Assembly: GCA_035309945.1 (NCBI GenBank)
Contig: DATGEQ010000114.1
Location: forward strand, 4,266 to 68,265
Length of the DNA stretch: 64,000 nt
Direction of reading: 5' to 3'
Source: Gemmatimonadales bacterium
GTDB taxonomy: Bacteria; Gemmatimonadota; Gemmatimonadetes; Gemmatimonadales; GWC2-71-9
Numbering within the stretch: position 1 is the stretch's first letter; each line of letters opens with the position of its first letter. This document shows positions 18,405 to 26,942 of the stretch, piece by piece. A program made the translations under genes and the position numbers. The notes beneath the pieces were generated by a model. The model did no database searches. It saw nothing but the letters and a program-made list of their open reading frames with translations, and was not told where the DNA came from.

Positions 18405-20486
18405 ATGACACACACCACACAGACTCGCCGCGAGTTTCTGCAATCGACCGCCGCCGCAGGCGCCACACTCATCATCGGATTCCATCTTCCACGCACGACG
18501 GACGACGCACGACGCACGTCGTCGTTTAAGCCCAACGCGTGGCTCGAAATCCTGCCCGACGGGACGGTCAACATTTGGACCGGCCGGTCGGAGATGGGTC
18601 AGGGCGTGCGGACCGCGATGCCGATGATCGTCGCCGAGGAGCTCGACGCCGATTGGCAAAAGGTGCGGGTGATCCAGGCGGACGCCGATCGCGCCTACGG
18701 TGATCAGATGACGGTCGGCAGTCGCAGCGTGCAGTCCGGATGGGAGCCGCTGCGTCACGCCGGCGCCGCCGGGCGCGAGATGCTCATCTCGGCCGCAGCG
18801 CTGGTATGGGGTGTGCCTGCGGCGGAGTGTCGCGCCGAGAAGGGTTTCGTAAGACACGCCGGCAGCGGCAGGAGTCAGAGCTACGGCCAGCTGACCGAGC
18901 GCGCCGCGACGCTGCCGGTTCCGGAGAATCCGCGGCTCAAGTCGCCGGCCGAGTTCTCGATCGTCGGCACGCGAGTGCCGCGCGTGGACACGCCGGCGAA
19001 GGTCATGGGCCGCGCGGAGTTCGGGATGGACGTGCGCGTGCCGGGCATGGTGTTCGCGGCGCTCGCGCGCTGTCCGGTGTTCGGCGGACAGGTGAAGTCG
19101 TTCGATGCGACGGCGGCGCGAGCCGTGCCGGGCGTGACGGCCGTACAGCAAATCAGTCGCGGTGTCGCCGTCGTGGGAGAGACCACGTGGGCTGCGTTCC
19201 AGGGGAAGCGCGCGCTACGCGTCGAGTGGAACGAAGGAGACAACGCGCGCTGGTCGACTGCGGGGATCAATCAGGCGTTCGCGGCCGCCGCCGCGCAGCC
19301 CGGAGAGTCCGTGCGCGCAACGGGCGACGTCGACGCGGCGCTGCGCGGCGCGACTCGCACCGTGGACGCGATCTACGAGGCGCCGTATCTCGCGCACGCG
19401 TGCATGGAGCCGATGAACTGCACCGTTCATGTCACCAACGGTCGCGCCGAGATCTGGGCGCCCACGCAAAATCCGCAGGGCATCCAGCGCGAGGCGGCGC
19501 GGATTCTCAGTCTCGCGCCCGAAGCCGTAACGGTGCACGTCACGTACATGGGCGGCGGCTTTGGCCGGCGCGGTGGGCCGATGGACTACGCGACCGAAGC
19601 GGTCGAGCTCGCCCAAAAACTCGGCCGCCCGGTGAAAGTCGTGTGGACGCGCGAGGACGACATCCAGAACGGCGTGTATCGGCCGGCGACGTACAACGTG
19701 ATGCGCGCGGCGCTCGACGCGGCGGGCCGGCCGGTCGCATGGAGTCATGTGCTGGTAGGTCCGGACGGACCGTCGTTCATGATCACGCGCGGCGCCGATG
19801 AGTTGATTTACCCGATTCCCAACTTTCGGCTCACGCGCGTCAAGGAAGATCCCGGCATTCCGGTCGCGCCGTGGCGCGGAGTCGGACCGTCGCAGAACGG
19901 CTTCATCGTCGAAGGCTTCGCCGACGAGCTGGCGAGCGCGGCAGGTAAGGATCCGTACGACTATCGACGCGAGCTGGTCCGCGGGAGCCCTAGGCTCGTC
20001 GCGGTGCTCGACGCAGCGGCCGAGCGGGCCGGCTGGAAGTCACCGGCGCCGTCCGGTCGTCATCGTGGCATCGCGCTTTGGCGATTCGGCGACACGTTCG
20101 TGGCGGAGGTGGCTGAAGTCTCGGTCCAGCAGGACGGCTCGCCGCGGGTGCATCGCGTCGTGTGCGCGATCGACTGCGGCACGGTGATCAATCCCGACAC
20201 GGTCGAAGCGCAGTGCCAGAGCAACATCGTGTACGGTTTAACGGCGACGTTGTATAGCGAGATCGACGTCGATCGCGGCCGCGTGCTGCAGAGCAACTTC
20301 AACAACTACCCGATGCTGCGGCTCGCGCAGATGCCGGAGGTGGAGGTGGTGCTGGTGCGCAATGACGCGGCGCCGGGCGGCGTCGGCGAGGCGGCGCTGC
20401 CGGCGATCGCGCCGGCGGTGTGCAATGCGTTGTTCGCCGCGACGGGAAAGCGGATTCGGAAACTGCCGATCGCGCCCATGGCATGA
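18405..20486 (+). CDS. molybdopterin-binding large subunit (isoquinoline 1-oxidoreductase beta / membrane-bound aldehyde dehydrogenase type), Tat-exported
   Basis: Tat leader TRREFLQSTAAAGATL. ..GRSEMGQGVRTAMPMIVAEELDADW.. and ..EAPYLAHACMEPMNCT.. are typical of the family. Confidence 0.9.
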   Translation: MTHTTQTRREFLQSTAAAGATLIIGFHLPRTTDDARRTSSFKPNAWLEILPDGTVNIWTGRSEMGQGVRTAMPMIVAEELDADWQKVRVIQADADRAYGDQMTVGSRSVQSGWEPLRHAGAAGREMLISAAALVWGVPAAECRAEKGFVRHAGSGRSQSYGQLTERAATLPVPENPRLKSPAEFSIVGTRVPRVDTPAKVMGRAEFGMDVRVPGMVFAALARCPVFGGQVKSFDATAARAVPGVTAVQQISRGVAVVGETTWAAFQGKRALRVEWNEGDNARWSTAGINQAFAAAAAQPGESVRATGDVDAALRGATRTVDAIYEAPYLAHACMEPMNCTVHVTNGRAEIWAPTQNPQGIQREAARILSLAPEAVTVHVTYMGGGFGRRGGPMDYATEAVELAQKLGRPVKVVWTREDDIQNGVYRPATYNVMRAALDAAGRPVAWSHVLVGPDGPSFMITRGADELIYPIPNFRLTRVKEDPGIPVAPWRGVGPSQNGFIVEGFADELASAAGKDPYDYRRELVRGSPRLVAVLDAAAERAGWKSPAPSGRHRGIALWRFGDTFVAEVAEVSVQQDGSPRVHRVVCAIDCGTVINPDTVEAQCQSNIVYGLTATLYSEIDVDRGRVLQSNFNNYPMLRLAQMPEVEVVLVRNDAAPGGVGEAALPAIAPAVCNALFAATGKRIRKLPIAPMA

Positions 20487-20519
20487 CTTCGAGCGCGACG
20501 GACCTCAAAAACACGATAA

Positions 20520-21140
20520 ATGACTCGCATACGCGCTATCGTCGTCGACTTCGGTGGCGTTTTGATCGACTGGAATCCACGGTACCTCTATCGCAAGCTC
20601 TTTCCCGACAACGAAACGGCGATGGAAAGCTTTCTCGCCGAGATCGGCTTTACAGAATGGAATCGGGAGCAGGATGCCGGCCGCGCCTTTTCGCTCGCTG
20701 TCACCGAGCTCGTGAAGCGGTTCCCATCCTATGCCGATCTTATCCGAGCGTATGACGAGCGATGGGAGGAATCCATTGCCGGCCCGCTTCAGGCCACCGT
20801 CGATCTGCTGCCGCCACTGAAGGCGGCCGGATTCGAACTCCACGGGCTCAGCAACTGGTCCAGTGAAAAATTCGCATCCGTTCGTACACGGTACCCGTTC
20901 TTTCAGTTGTTCGAAACGATCCTCCTGTCCGGCGATGTCAAACTGGTCAAGCCAGATCCCAGGATTTTCGGCGTGTTGCTGGAACGGATCGGAAGATCGG
21001 CCAGCGAGTGCTTGTTCATTGACGATTCAGAGCAGAACATCGAAACAGCCCGCACCCTCGGGTTTGAGACGATTCGATTCGAATCGGCGGACCAATTACT
21101 CGGAGAATTACAGCAGCGTCGACTACTGCCGATCACATAA
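20520..21140 (+). CDS. HAD-superfamily hydrolase (subfamily IA)
   Basis: Motif I VVDFGGVL, motif II ..LSN.., motif III/IV ..KPDPRIF.. ..LFIDDSEQN... Visibly lower GC than its neighbours. Confidence 0.85.
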   Translation: MTRIRAIVVDFGGVLIDWNPRYLYRKLFPDNETAMESFLAEIGFTEWNREQDAGRAFSLAVTELVKRFPSYADLIRAYDERWEESIAGPLQATVDLLPPLKAAGFELHGLSNWSSEKFASVRTRYPFFQLFETILLSGDVKLVKPDPRIFGVLLERIGRSASECLFIDDSEQNIETARTLGFETIRFESADQLLGELQQRRLLPIT

Positions 21141-21206
21141 CATGGAGCAGCGAGTCGCCCCGGCACCGCGCTTTCAACTCTCCAGGTTGAGCGCTAACGT
21201 CTGATC

Positions 21207-21467
21207 ATGGCGGTCTCCGCTGTACGGCTCGAACGAATCCCCAGCGTACCCCTCGCCGTCATCCGGCGCAGCGCAAAAGCGGGCGAGTTGTAGCGCGTCG
21301 TGCCGGAGTGCTGCGGGCTCGTCTGGAACGCGGTGCGCGCGCAGCGAGCTCCGCCCGGACGAAACGTCGCGGTGTATTGGGACGGCAGCATTCGGCTGGA
21401 AGTCGGCGTCGAGCTGCTCGGGCCGTTCGCCGAGCAGGGTGAAGTCGTTCGCTCGGCGCAATCGTAG
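21207..21467 (+). pseudogene. GyrI-like (AraC effector-binding fold) gene remnant with in-frame TAG and 3' truncation
   Basis: My own translation, not in the ORF track: MAVSAVRLERIPSVPLAVIRRSAKAGEL*RVVPECCGLVWNAVRAQRAPPGRNVAVYWDGSIRLEVGVELLGPFAEQGEVVRSAQS*. Amber codon at 21291-21293. It ends about half-way through the expected domain of roughly 150 aa. Confidence 0.55.
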
Positions 21468-21563
21468 AATGGTTCCACGTCCGGATTAGTCGTGACTGAG
21501 GCCTTCGGTCCGATCCGGTGGGTCAGCGAGACGACGGTCGCGCCGTGGTCGGACTAGGAGGGT

Positions 21564-23591
21564 TCAGCCCAGCCGCGCCAACGCATCATGCATCTCCGAC
21601 GCGCTCGCGTAGCGATCGGCCGGCTTCTTCGCCATCGCCTTGAGAATCACCGCCGCCAGCGCCTCCGGCACCTCACCGTTCACACTGCGCGGATTCGGCG
21701 GCTCCTCCTCGAGATGCTTGGCGATCAGCGTCCACGGCGTATCGGCCTCGAACGGCACGCCGCCGGTGACGCACTCGAACAACACCACACCCGCCGAGTA
21801 GAGATCGCTGCGCTGATCGAGCTCGGCGCCGGAGAGCTGCTCCGGCGACATGTAGTCGGGCGTGCCGATCGACATCCCCACCTCGGTCAGCCCCTTCCCT
21901 TTCGGCGGATTCGCGAGCCGCGCGATGCCGAAATCCATGACCTTGATGAACCCGCTCGGCTCCACGACGATGTTCTGCGGCTTGATGTCGCGATGAATGA
22001 TCCCCTCGGCGTGCGCGACCTCGAGCGCGCGGCACAACTGCTTGCCGACCGTGAGCGCGACCGCGACGGGCAGCTTGCCGCGCGCCGCGATGAGCTGCTT
22101 GAGTGAGGTACCCTCGACGTACTCCATCGTCAGGTAATACATCCCGTTCTGCTCGCCGAGGTCGTACGTGCGGACGACGTTGCGATGCGCAATGCGGCGC
22201 GCGAGCTTGATCTCCTGCTTGAACCGGTCGAGCGCCACGCCGCCGCCCGCCATCGCCTCGGCCTTGAGCGTCTTGATCGCGACCGGCTCCTGCAACTCGC
22301 GGTCGAACGCGCGATACACGACGCCCATCCCCCCCGCGCCGATGACCTCCTTGATCTCGTAACGGCCGTCGAAGACGGCGCCGGGCCGGATCTGGTCGCC
22401 ACCGGCAGCGCGAATCGCGGTCGGCATCGATTGGATCGGCTGCGTCGCCGCGCCGCCCGACGCGGCCATCATGTAGTCCACCAGGGCGGCCTTGGCCTTG
22501 AGATCTTCGACCAGGCCCTTGAACGCCTGCGACAGAATACCGATCTCGTCGCGCGATTTCACGGCGATGTCGACGCTGTAATCGCCTTCCTGCACCTGCC
22601 GCGTCGCGACCGCGAGCCGGCGAACCGGCCCCGTGATCTGGCGCGCCTGCACGAACGCGAAGATCAGCGCGAGCACGATGCCGAGCGCTGTTGCCCACAC
22701 CATGGTCCGGCGCAGTGCGTTGAACGCCGCGAGCTCCCCCTCGCGCGAACGGAGCGCCACGAAGCCGCCGCGCAGATCGCCGCTCGGCGAGCGGATCGCA
22801 CCCGCGAGACCGATCAGATGCTGATCACCCATCGACGCGGCGAGTGCCATGCCCTCGCCGCCGGTATCGGCCGCGAGCGCGTCAGTCTTGACGTTGCTTT
22901 GCAGCGCGGGCGCGATGTCCTGCTTGGGGACCGTGCTCCCCACCACGACCGGCTTGTTCAGCGTGTCGAGCGAGAAGAACACGACGTCGGAGTTGGTGGC
23001 CTTCTTGATGGCGTCAGCGAGGGAGTCGTCGATCTGATAGCTGGCGACCAGCGCGCCCAGCGGCGCGGCGCCGGGACGATCGCGCAGCGGCGTGCCGATG
23101 GCGATGAACATCGTCCCCTGGACGTCGTCCAGCCACGCGCCGCTCGTCTGATCGCCGCTCAGCGCATTGGCGACGAGCGGCGCGACCGACATGTCGCGGT
23201 CGGTCTGCTCGCGATAATCGGTCCGCGCGATCAGAATGCCGTCGCTGTTCGTCACGAGCACCCACGCCGCATCGATGAGGCCGCGAATGTCGTCCGCCTG
23301 ATCGAGCGCTTCCGAGCGGTCACGACTCAACAGGCGCTGCCGGTACTGCGGCACGTCGGTCGCCACCGTGCTCGCGCGCCCCAGCGTGCGCGTGCGTGCC
23401 GCGAGATAGTCGTCCACGGCGCGCCGCGTCGACAACAGGGCGCGATGGATCGACGCGTCGGCGGTGCGGTTTGCCTGCAACGACGTCACGCCGAAGGTGA
23501 TGCCCAGCACCGCCACGACGAGCAGTGTCGAGGCGATGAAGATCTTTGCCGTGAGACCGAACGCCGGCTTAGTAGCGCTCGCGTCCGGCAT
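21564..23591 (-). CDS. sensor Ser/Thr protein kinase: TM - periplasmic Cache-like domain - TM - HAMP - Hanks kinase
   Basis: C-terminal kinase motifs GAGGMGVVY, AIK, HRDIKPQN, DFG, GTPDYMSPE. HAMP (..ITGPVRRLAVATRQVQEGDYSVDIAVKSRDEIGILSQAFKGLVEDL..) follows the second TM. Confidence 0.85.
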   Translation of the reverse strand: MPDASATKPAFGLTAKIFIASTLLVVAVLGITFGVTSLQANRTADASIHRALLSTRRAVDDYLAARTRTLGRASTVATDVPQYRQRLLSRDRSEALDQADDIRGLIDAAWVLVTNSDGILIARTDYREQTDRDMSVAPLVANALSGDQTSGAWLDDVQGTMFIAIGTPLRDRPGAAPLGALVASYQIDDSLADAIKKATNSDVVFFSLDTLNKPVVVGSTVPKQDIAPALQSNVKTDALAADTGGEGMALAASMGDQHLIGLAGAIRSPSGDLRGGFVALRSREGELAAFNALRRTMVWATALGIVLALIFAFVQARQITGPVRRLAVATRQVQEGDYSVDIAVKSRDEIGILSQAFKGLVEDLKAKAALVDYMMAASGGAATQPIQSMPTAIRAAGGDQIRPGAVFDGRYEIKEVIGAGGMGVVYRAFDRELQEPVAIKTLKAEAMAGGGVALDRFKQEIKLARRIAHRNVVRTYDLGEQNGMYYLTMEYVEGTSLKQLIAARGKLPVAVALTVGKQLCRALEVAHAEGIIHRDIKPQNIVVEPSGFIKVMDFGIARLANPPKGKGLTEVGMSIGTPDYMSPEQLSGAELDQRSDLYSAGVVLFECVTGGVPFEADTPWTLIAKHLEEEPPNPRSVNGEVPEALAAVILKAMAKKPADRYASASEMHDALARLG

Positions 23592-24243
23592 TGGTCGGGT
23601 AGTTGCGCCCGTACTTGTTGCGATGCGGCTCCCACTTGTAGCCGCGCGCGTCCAGCGAAATCTGCACTGTCGAGTCGGGGCCGCCCGGCGCGACGTCTCT
23701 CACGACCTCGGTGGGGATGCGCTCGTGCCAGACGTGCAGCTTGTAGCGTCCCGCGGGCACGTTGTCGATCGTGAAACTGCCGTCGCTCGCCGGCTGCGCG
23801 TAGTAGCGATTCGCCATGACGAGCACGTACGCGACCATGCGCGGGTGGACATTGCAATACACGCGCACGAGGCCGGGATGATCGAACGTGTGGCTCTTCG
23901 TTTCGCCGCGACCGTAGAGCCCGAGGTCGAACGTATTGGGCTCGCTGACGGAGAAGACGTTGTGGTTGAAGGGGTCGTGATTGGGAAAGCGGACGGTGGA
24001 GCCGAGTGGAACGACGACGACGTGCGGGGCATAGGTCTTGTCGGTGATGGCGATCTCGACCGTCACCGGCCTTGCGGCCGGCGCCGTCGCCGGCGCGTCG
24101 AGATAGACGACCGCGTCGCTCAAATCGTGGGACGGCTTGTTGTCCTTCTCGAGAATCGCAATGCGTCCCGCGATGCCGGCGTCCGACGCGAGCCCCCACC
24201 CGCACAATACAACCAGCGCCAGCGTTCCCGTCACAGCCCGCAT
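23569..24243 (-). CDS. secreted cupredoxin (type-1 copper) protein with CarboxypepD_reg-like C-terminal domain
   Basis: Signal peptide. His..Cys-x2-His-x2-Met ligand pattern (..FPNHDPFNHNVF.. ..YCNVHPRM..). ..GSFTIDNVPAGRYKLHVWHE.. beta-sandwich. Overlaps the kinase start by 23 nt. Confidence 0.7.
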   Translation of the reverse strand: MRAVTGTLALVVLCGWGLASDAGIAGRIAILEKDNKPSHDLSDAVVYLDAPATAPAARPVTVEIAITDKTYAPHVVVVPLGSTVRFPNHDPFNHNVFSVSEPNTFDLGLYGRGETKSHTFDHPGLVRVYCNVHPRMVAYVLVMANRYYAQPASDGSFTIDNVPAGRYKLHVWHERIPTEVVRDVAPGGPDSTVQISLDARGYKWEPHRNKYGRNYPTNAGRERY

Positions 24244-24322
24244 CCGTCCGTCTCCCAGAAAACTGTTGCGTCCGAGGGCGTGGAGCTTACTGTAGTGCTA
24301 ACCAACTCGCCAGGAGCGAGCC

Positions 24323-24796
24323 GTGACTCGCGTCCTTGTCTTGTGCGTTCTCGCTCTGCAACAAGCGCCGGCAAAACGGTCCGTCGAATTCACTGGCACC
24401 GTGCTGATGAACGCGTTCTATAATAGCGCCCGCACGAACAACAGCGACGTGCCGGTCCTCGCCGACACCGACGCGACGCGCATCACCGGCGGCAGCGCGA
24501 CGATGCGGCAAACGCGACTCGGCGTCTTTGTCACCGATCCCGACGTACTCGGCGGCAGCTTCAGCGGCGAAGTCGACGTCGATTTCTTCGGCGGCCAACA
24601 GCCCGCTGCCGGCAACCGGATGTTTCCGCTGCGACGCGCGACCGGGACGGTGCAGTGGACGCACCTGCAGCTGATGATCGGCCAGGAAACGCCGCTGGTC
24701 TCCGATCGCAATCCGCGTTCGCTCGCGGGTATCGGCGTTCCGGACTTCAGTCTCGCCGGCAACCTGTGGTTCTGGCTGCCGCAGGTGCGCGTCACC
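24323..24796 (+). pseudogene. 5' fragment (about 158 codons) of a porin-like outer-membrane beta-barrel gene
   Basis: GTG 24323 with AGGAG 6 nt upstream and a signal peptide. ..RQTRLGVFV.. ..DVDFFGGQQP..FPLRRA..LMIGQE.. ..AGNLWFWLPQVRVT is porin-like and has high GC3. After about 24796 the frame becomes antisense to the converging gene. Confidence 0.45.
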
Positions 24797-25087
24797 GCTC
24801 TGCTGCTTGCCGCAGTCGGGGCACATTCCTTCGGCAATGACGACGATCTTATCGGCATTCAGTCGCTCGAAGAAGGTGTAGATGCCGTACAGCAGGAACG
24901 ACGGCACGAGCAGGAAGTGCGCGACGGGAATGAATACGCTGCCGAGCGCGGCCGCCCAGAACGTCCCGAGTCCTTTGAGCGCGCGCCGCATCCGCTCCGG
25001 TTTGTCGAAGGAGCGAATCGTCACGGTTGCGGTGGTTGGGGTTTGACTGTAGCCGGTCAGCTGATAGGTCTGCGTCGTCTCCGTCAT
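24797..25087 (-). CDS. small 2-TM membrane protein with CxxC, translationally coupled to the ClC gene; 3' end probably lost
   Basis: ATG 25087 overlaps the ClC stop (ATGA). MTETTQTYQLTGY...GTFWAAALGSVFIPVAHFLLVPSFLLYGIY...GMCPDCGKQQS. Beyond about 24797 the ORF runs antisense through the porin fragment to 24287. Confidence 0.45.
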
Positions 25088-26931
25088 TTTCCGCCGTGAC
25101 TTTTCCTCCGCCGCCTGAGCCGCGTCGCCAGCCCGCCGCGCAGCCGCTGAAACCCCCCACTCAGCCACCCTGAGTCGCGGGTCTGCTCCTCGCGCGTGGC
25201 GTGCAGCCACACTGCCATTACCCCCGCGCGGCCCAAGAGTCCCACCAGGCGCGTCGGATCTTTCCGATCGACGACGGGCAGCCGCCCGATGTCGTGCTCG
25301 ATCATTTTCGCCGTCGCGTCCTCGAGCAGCTCGTCATCGTGGGTGATGATGAGCTTACGGCTGCCGAGGTCCTTGATGGACCAGTGGTCGCCATCTTCGC
25401 GGTCGAGCGCGCGCACGAGGTCGCCGCGCGTTACGAGACCGACGAGGTGCTCGTTCTCGTCCACCACCGGCCATTCCTGGCGGCGCGCCAGCACCGGATC
25501 CTCCTCGGCCAGTCGCTCGAAGAGGCCGTCGATCGGCAATGCCGCGGGCACGGTGGGTACGTCGCGCTCCATCACCTCACCAACGCGCACGAGGTGCAGC
25601 GGGTTGACGATGTACTCGCGCGTCACGTGCGTGCCGCGGCGCGCGATCTTTTCGGTCAAGATCGATCGCTTCATCAGTAGCACGGTGACCGCATCCGCCG
25701 TGAATGCGGCGATCAGCAGCCCCGGCAGCAGATTGACGTCGTGCGTCGCCTCGACCAGGAACGCGATCGCCGTGAACGGCGCGCCCATCGTGCCGGCCAT
25801 CATCGCGCCCATCGCGAGCGTCGCCCACAGGCCGGCGTCGCCCGACGGGAAGAGCGGCGCCGCCAGCGCGCCGAGGCAGCCGCCCATGATGAGCAGCGGG
25901 GCGAGTACGCCGCCGGAGTGGCCCGAGCCCAGCGACACCGCCCAAATGACGGCTTTCGTGACCAACAGGCCGAGCAAAAACATTCCGACGATCCGGCCAT
26001 TCAGGAGGTCGCGAATCACGTCGTAGCCCACACCCAGCGCGCGCGGATAGAACAATCCGCCGACGCCGATCACGATGCCGCCGATCGCGGGCCACCACAT
26101 CCAGTGAATCGGCACCTTCTCGAACGCATCTTCGCAAGCGTAGACGAGTCGCGTGATCAGTCCAGACGCGAACCCGACCAGGAGGCCGAGGATGAGCGCG
26201 CCCACCAGCGCGCGCAGGTTCATGGCGTCGTGCGGCGTCGTGAGGAAAACCGGACCCGCTCCCATCAGCGGGACGCGCAACGCGGCGGCTACCGCTGCCG
26301 CACTCGCGACGGGAATGAAGCTGCGCGGCTTCCACTCGAACAGCAGCAGCTCGACGGCGAGCAGCACCGATGCGACCGGCGCCGCGAAGATCGCCGCCAT
26401 GCCGCCCGCCGCGCCCGCGACCAGCAGCGTCTTGCGCTCGGCGGCCGACATGTGGAACGACTGCGCGAACAGCGAGCCGAACGCGCCGCCGGTCATGATG
26501 ATCGGACCCTCGGCGCCGAACGGTCCGCCCGTTCCGATCGCCAGCGCCGACGACAGCGGCTTCAGTACCGCGACGCGCGGCTCCATGCGGCTGCGTCCGA
26601 TCAGAATCGCTTCGAGCGCTTCGGGGATGCCGTGGCCGCGGATTTTTTCCGACCCGTAGCGCGCGATCAACCCGACGATCAAACCGCCGATGACCGGAAT
26701 GAAGATCGCGAGCAGGTGGAGATGATTGTCGGCCGGCGATGTATCGGCGGTCGAGAGATGCTGATAGTAAAAAAGATTTGTGAAGAAGTAGATCAGCTTC
26801 GTGAGGATCAGTGCGACGAATGCGCTGGCGACGCCGATGAGCACCGCCATGAACGTGAGAACAAGGACTCGAGGATTGGCTGTAAAATCCCCGCGAGTAT
26901 TAGCGGGGTCGGCGGCGGCAGCTCCAGACAT
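25084..26931 (-). CDS. ClC-family chloride channel/antiporter with C-terminal CBS pair
   Basis: Start placed at ATG 26931 (MSGAAAADP..). Motifs GHGIPE, GAEGP, GVLAPLL. Two CBS domains in the C-terminal 150 aa. Confidence 0.9.
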   Translation of the reverse strand: MSGAAAADPANTRGDFTANPRVLVLTFMAVLIGVASAFVALILTKLIYFFTNLFYYQHLSTADTSPADNHLHLLAIFIPVIGGLIVGLIARYGSEKIRGHGIPEALEAILIGRSRMEPRVAVLKPLSSALAIGTGGPFGAEGPIIMTGGAFGSLFAQSFHMSAAERKTLLVAGAAGGMAAIFAAPVASVLLAVELLLFEWKPRSFIPVASAAAVAAALRVPLMGAGPVFLTTPHDAMNLRALVGALILGLLVGFASGLITRLVYACEDAFEKVPIHWMWWPAIGGIVIGVGGLFYPRALGVGYDVIRDLLNGRIVGMFLLGLLVTKAVIWAVSLGSGHSGGVLAPLLIMGGCLGALAAPLFPSGDAGLWATLAMGAMMAGTMGAPFTAIAFLVEATHDVNLLPGLLIAAFTADAVTVLLMKRSILTEKIARRGTHVTREYIVNPLHLVRVGEVMERDVPTVPAALPIDGLFERLAEEDPVLARRQEWPVVDENEHLVGLVTRGDLVRALDREDGDHWSIKDLGSRKLIITHDDELLEDATAKMIEHDIGRLPVVDRKDPTRLVGLLGRAGVMAVWLHATREEQTRDSGWLSGGFQRLRGGLATRLRRRRKSHGGK

Positions 26932-26942
26932 GTGCGCGAAAT

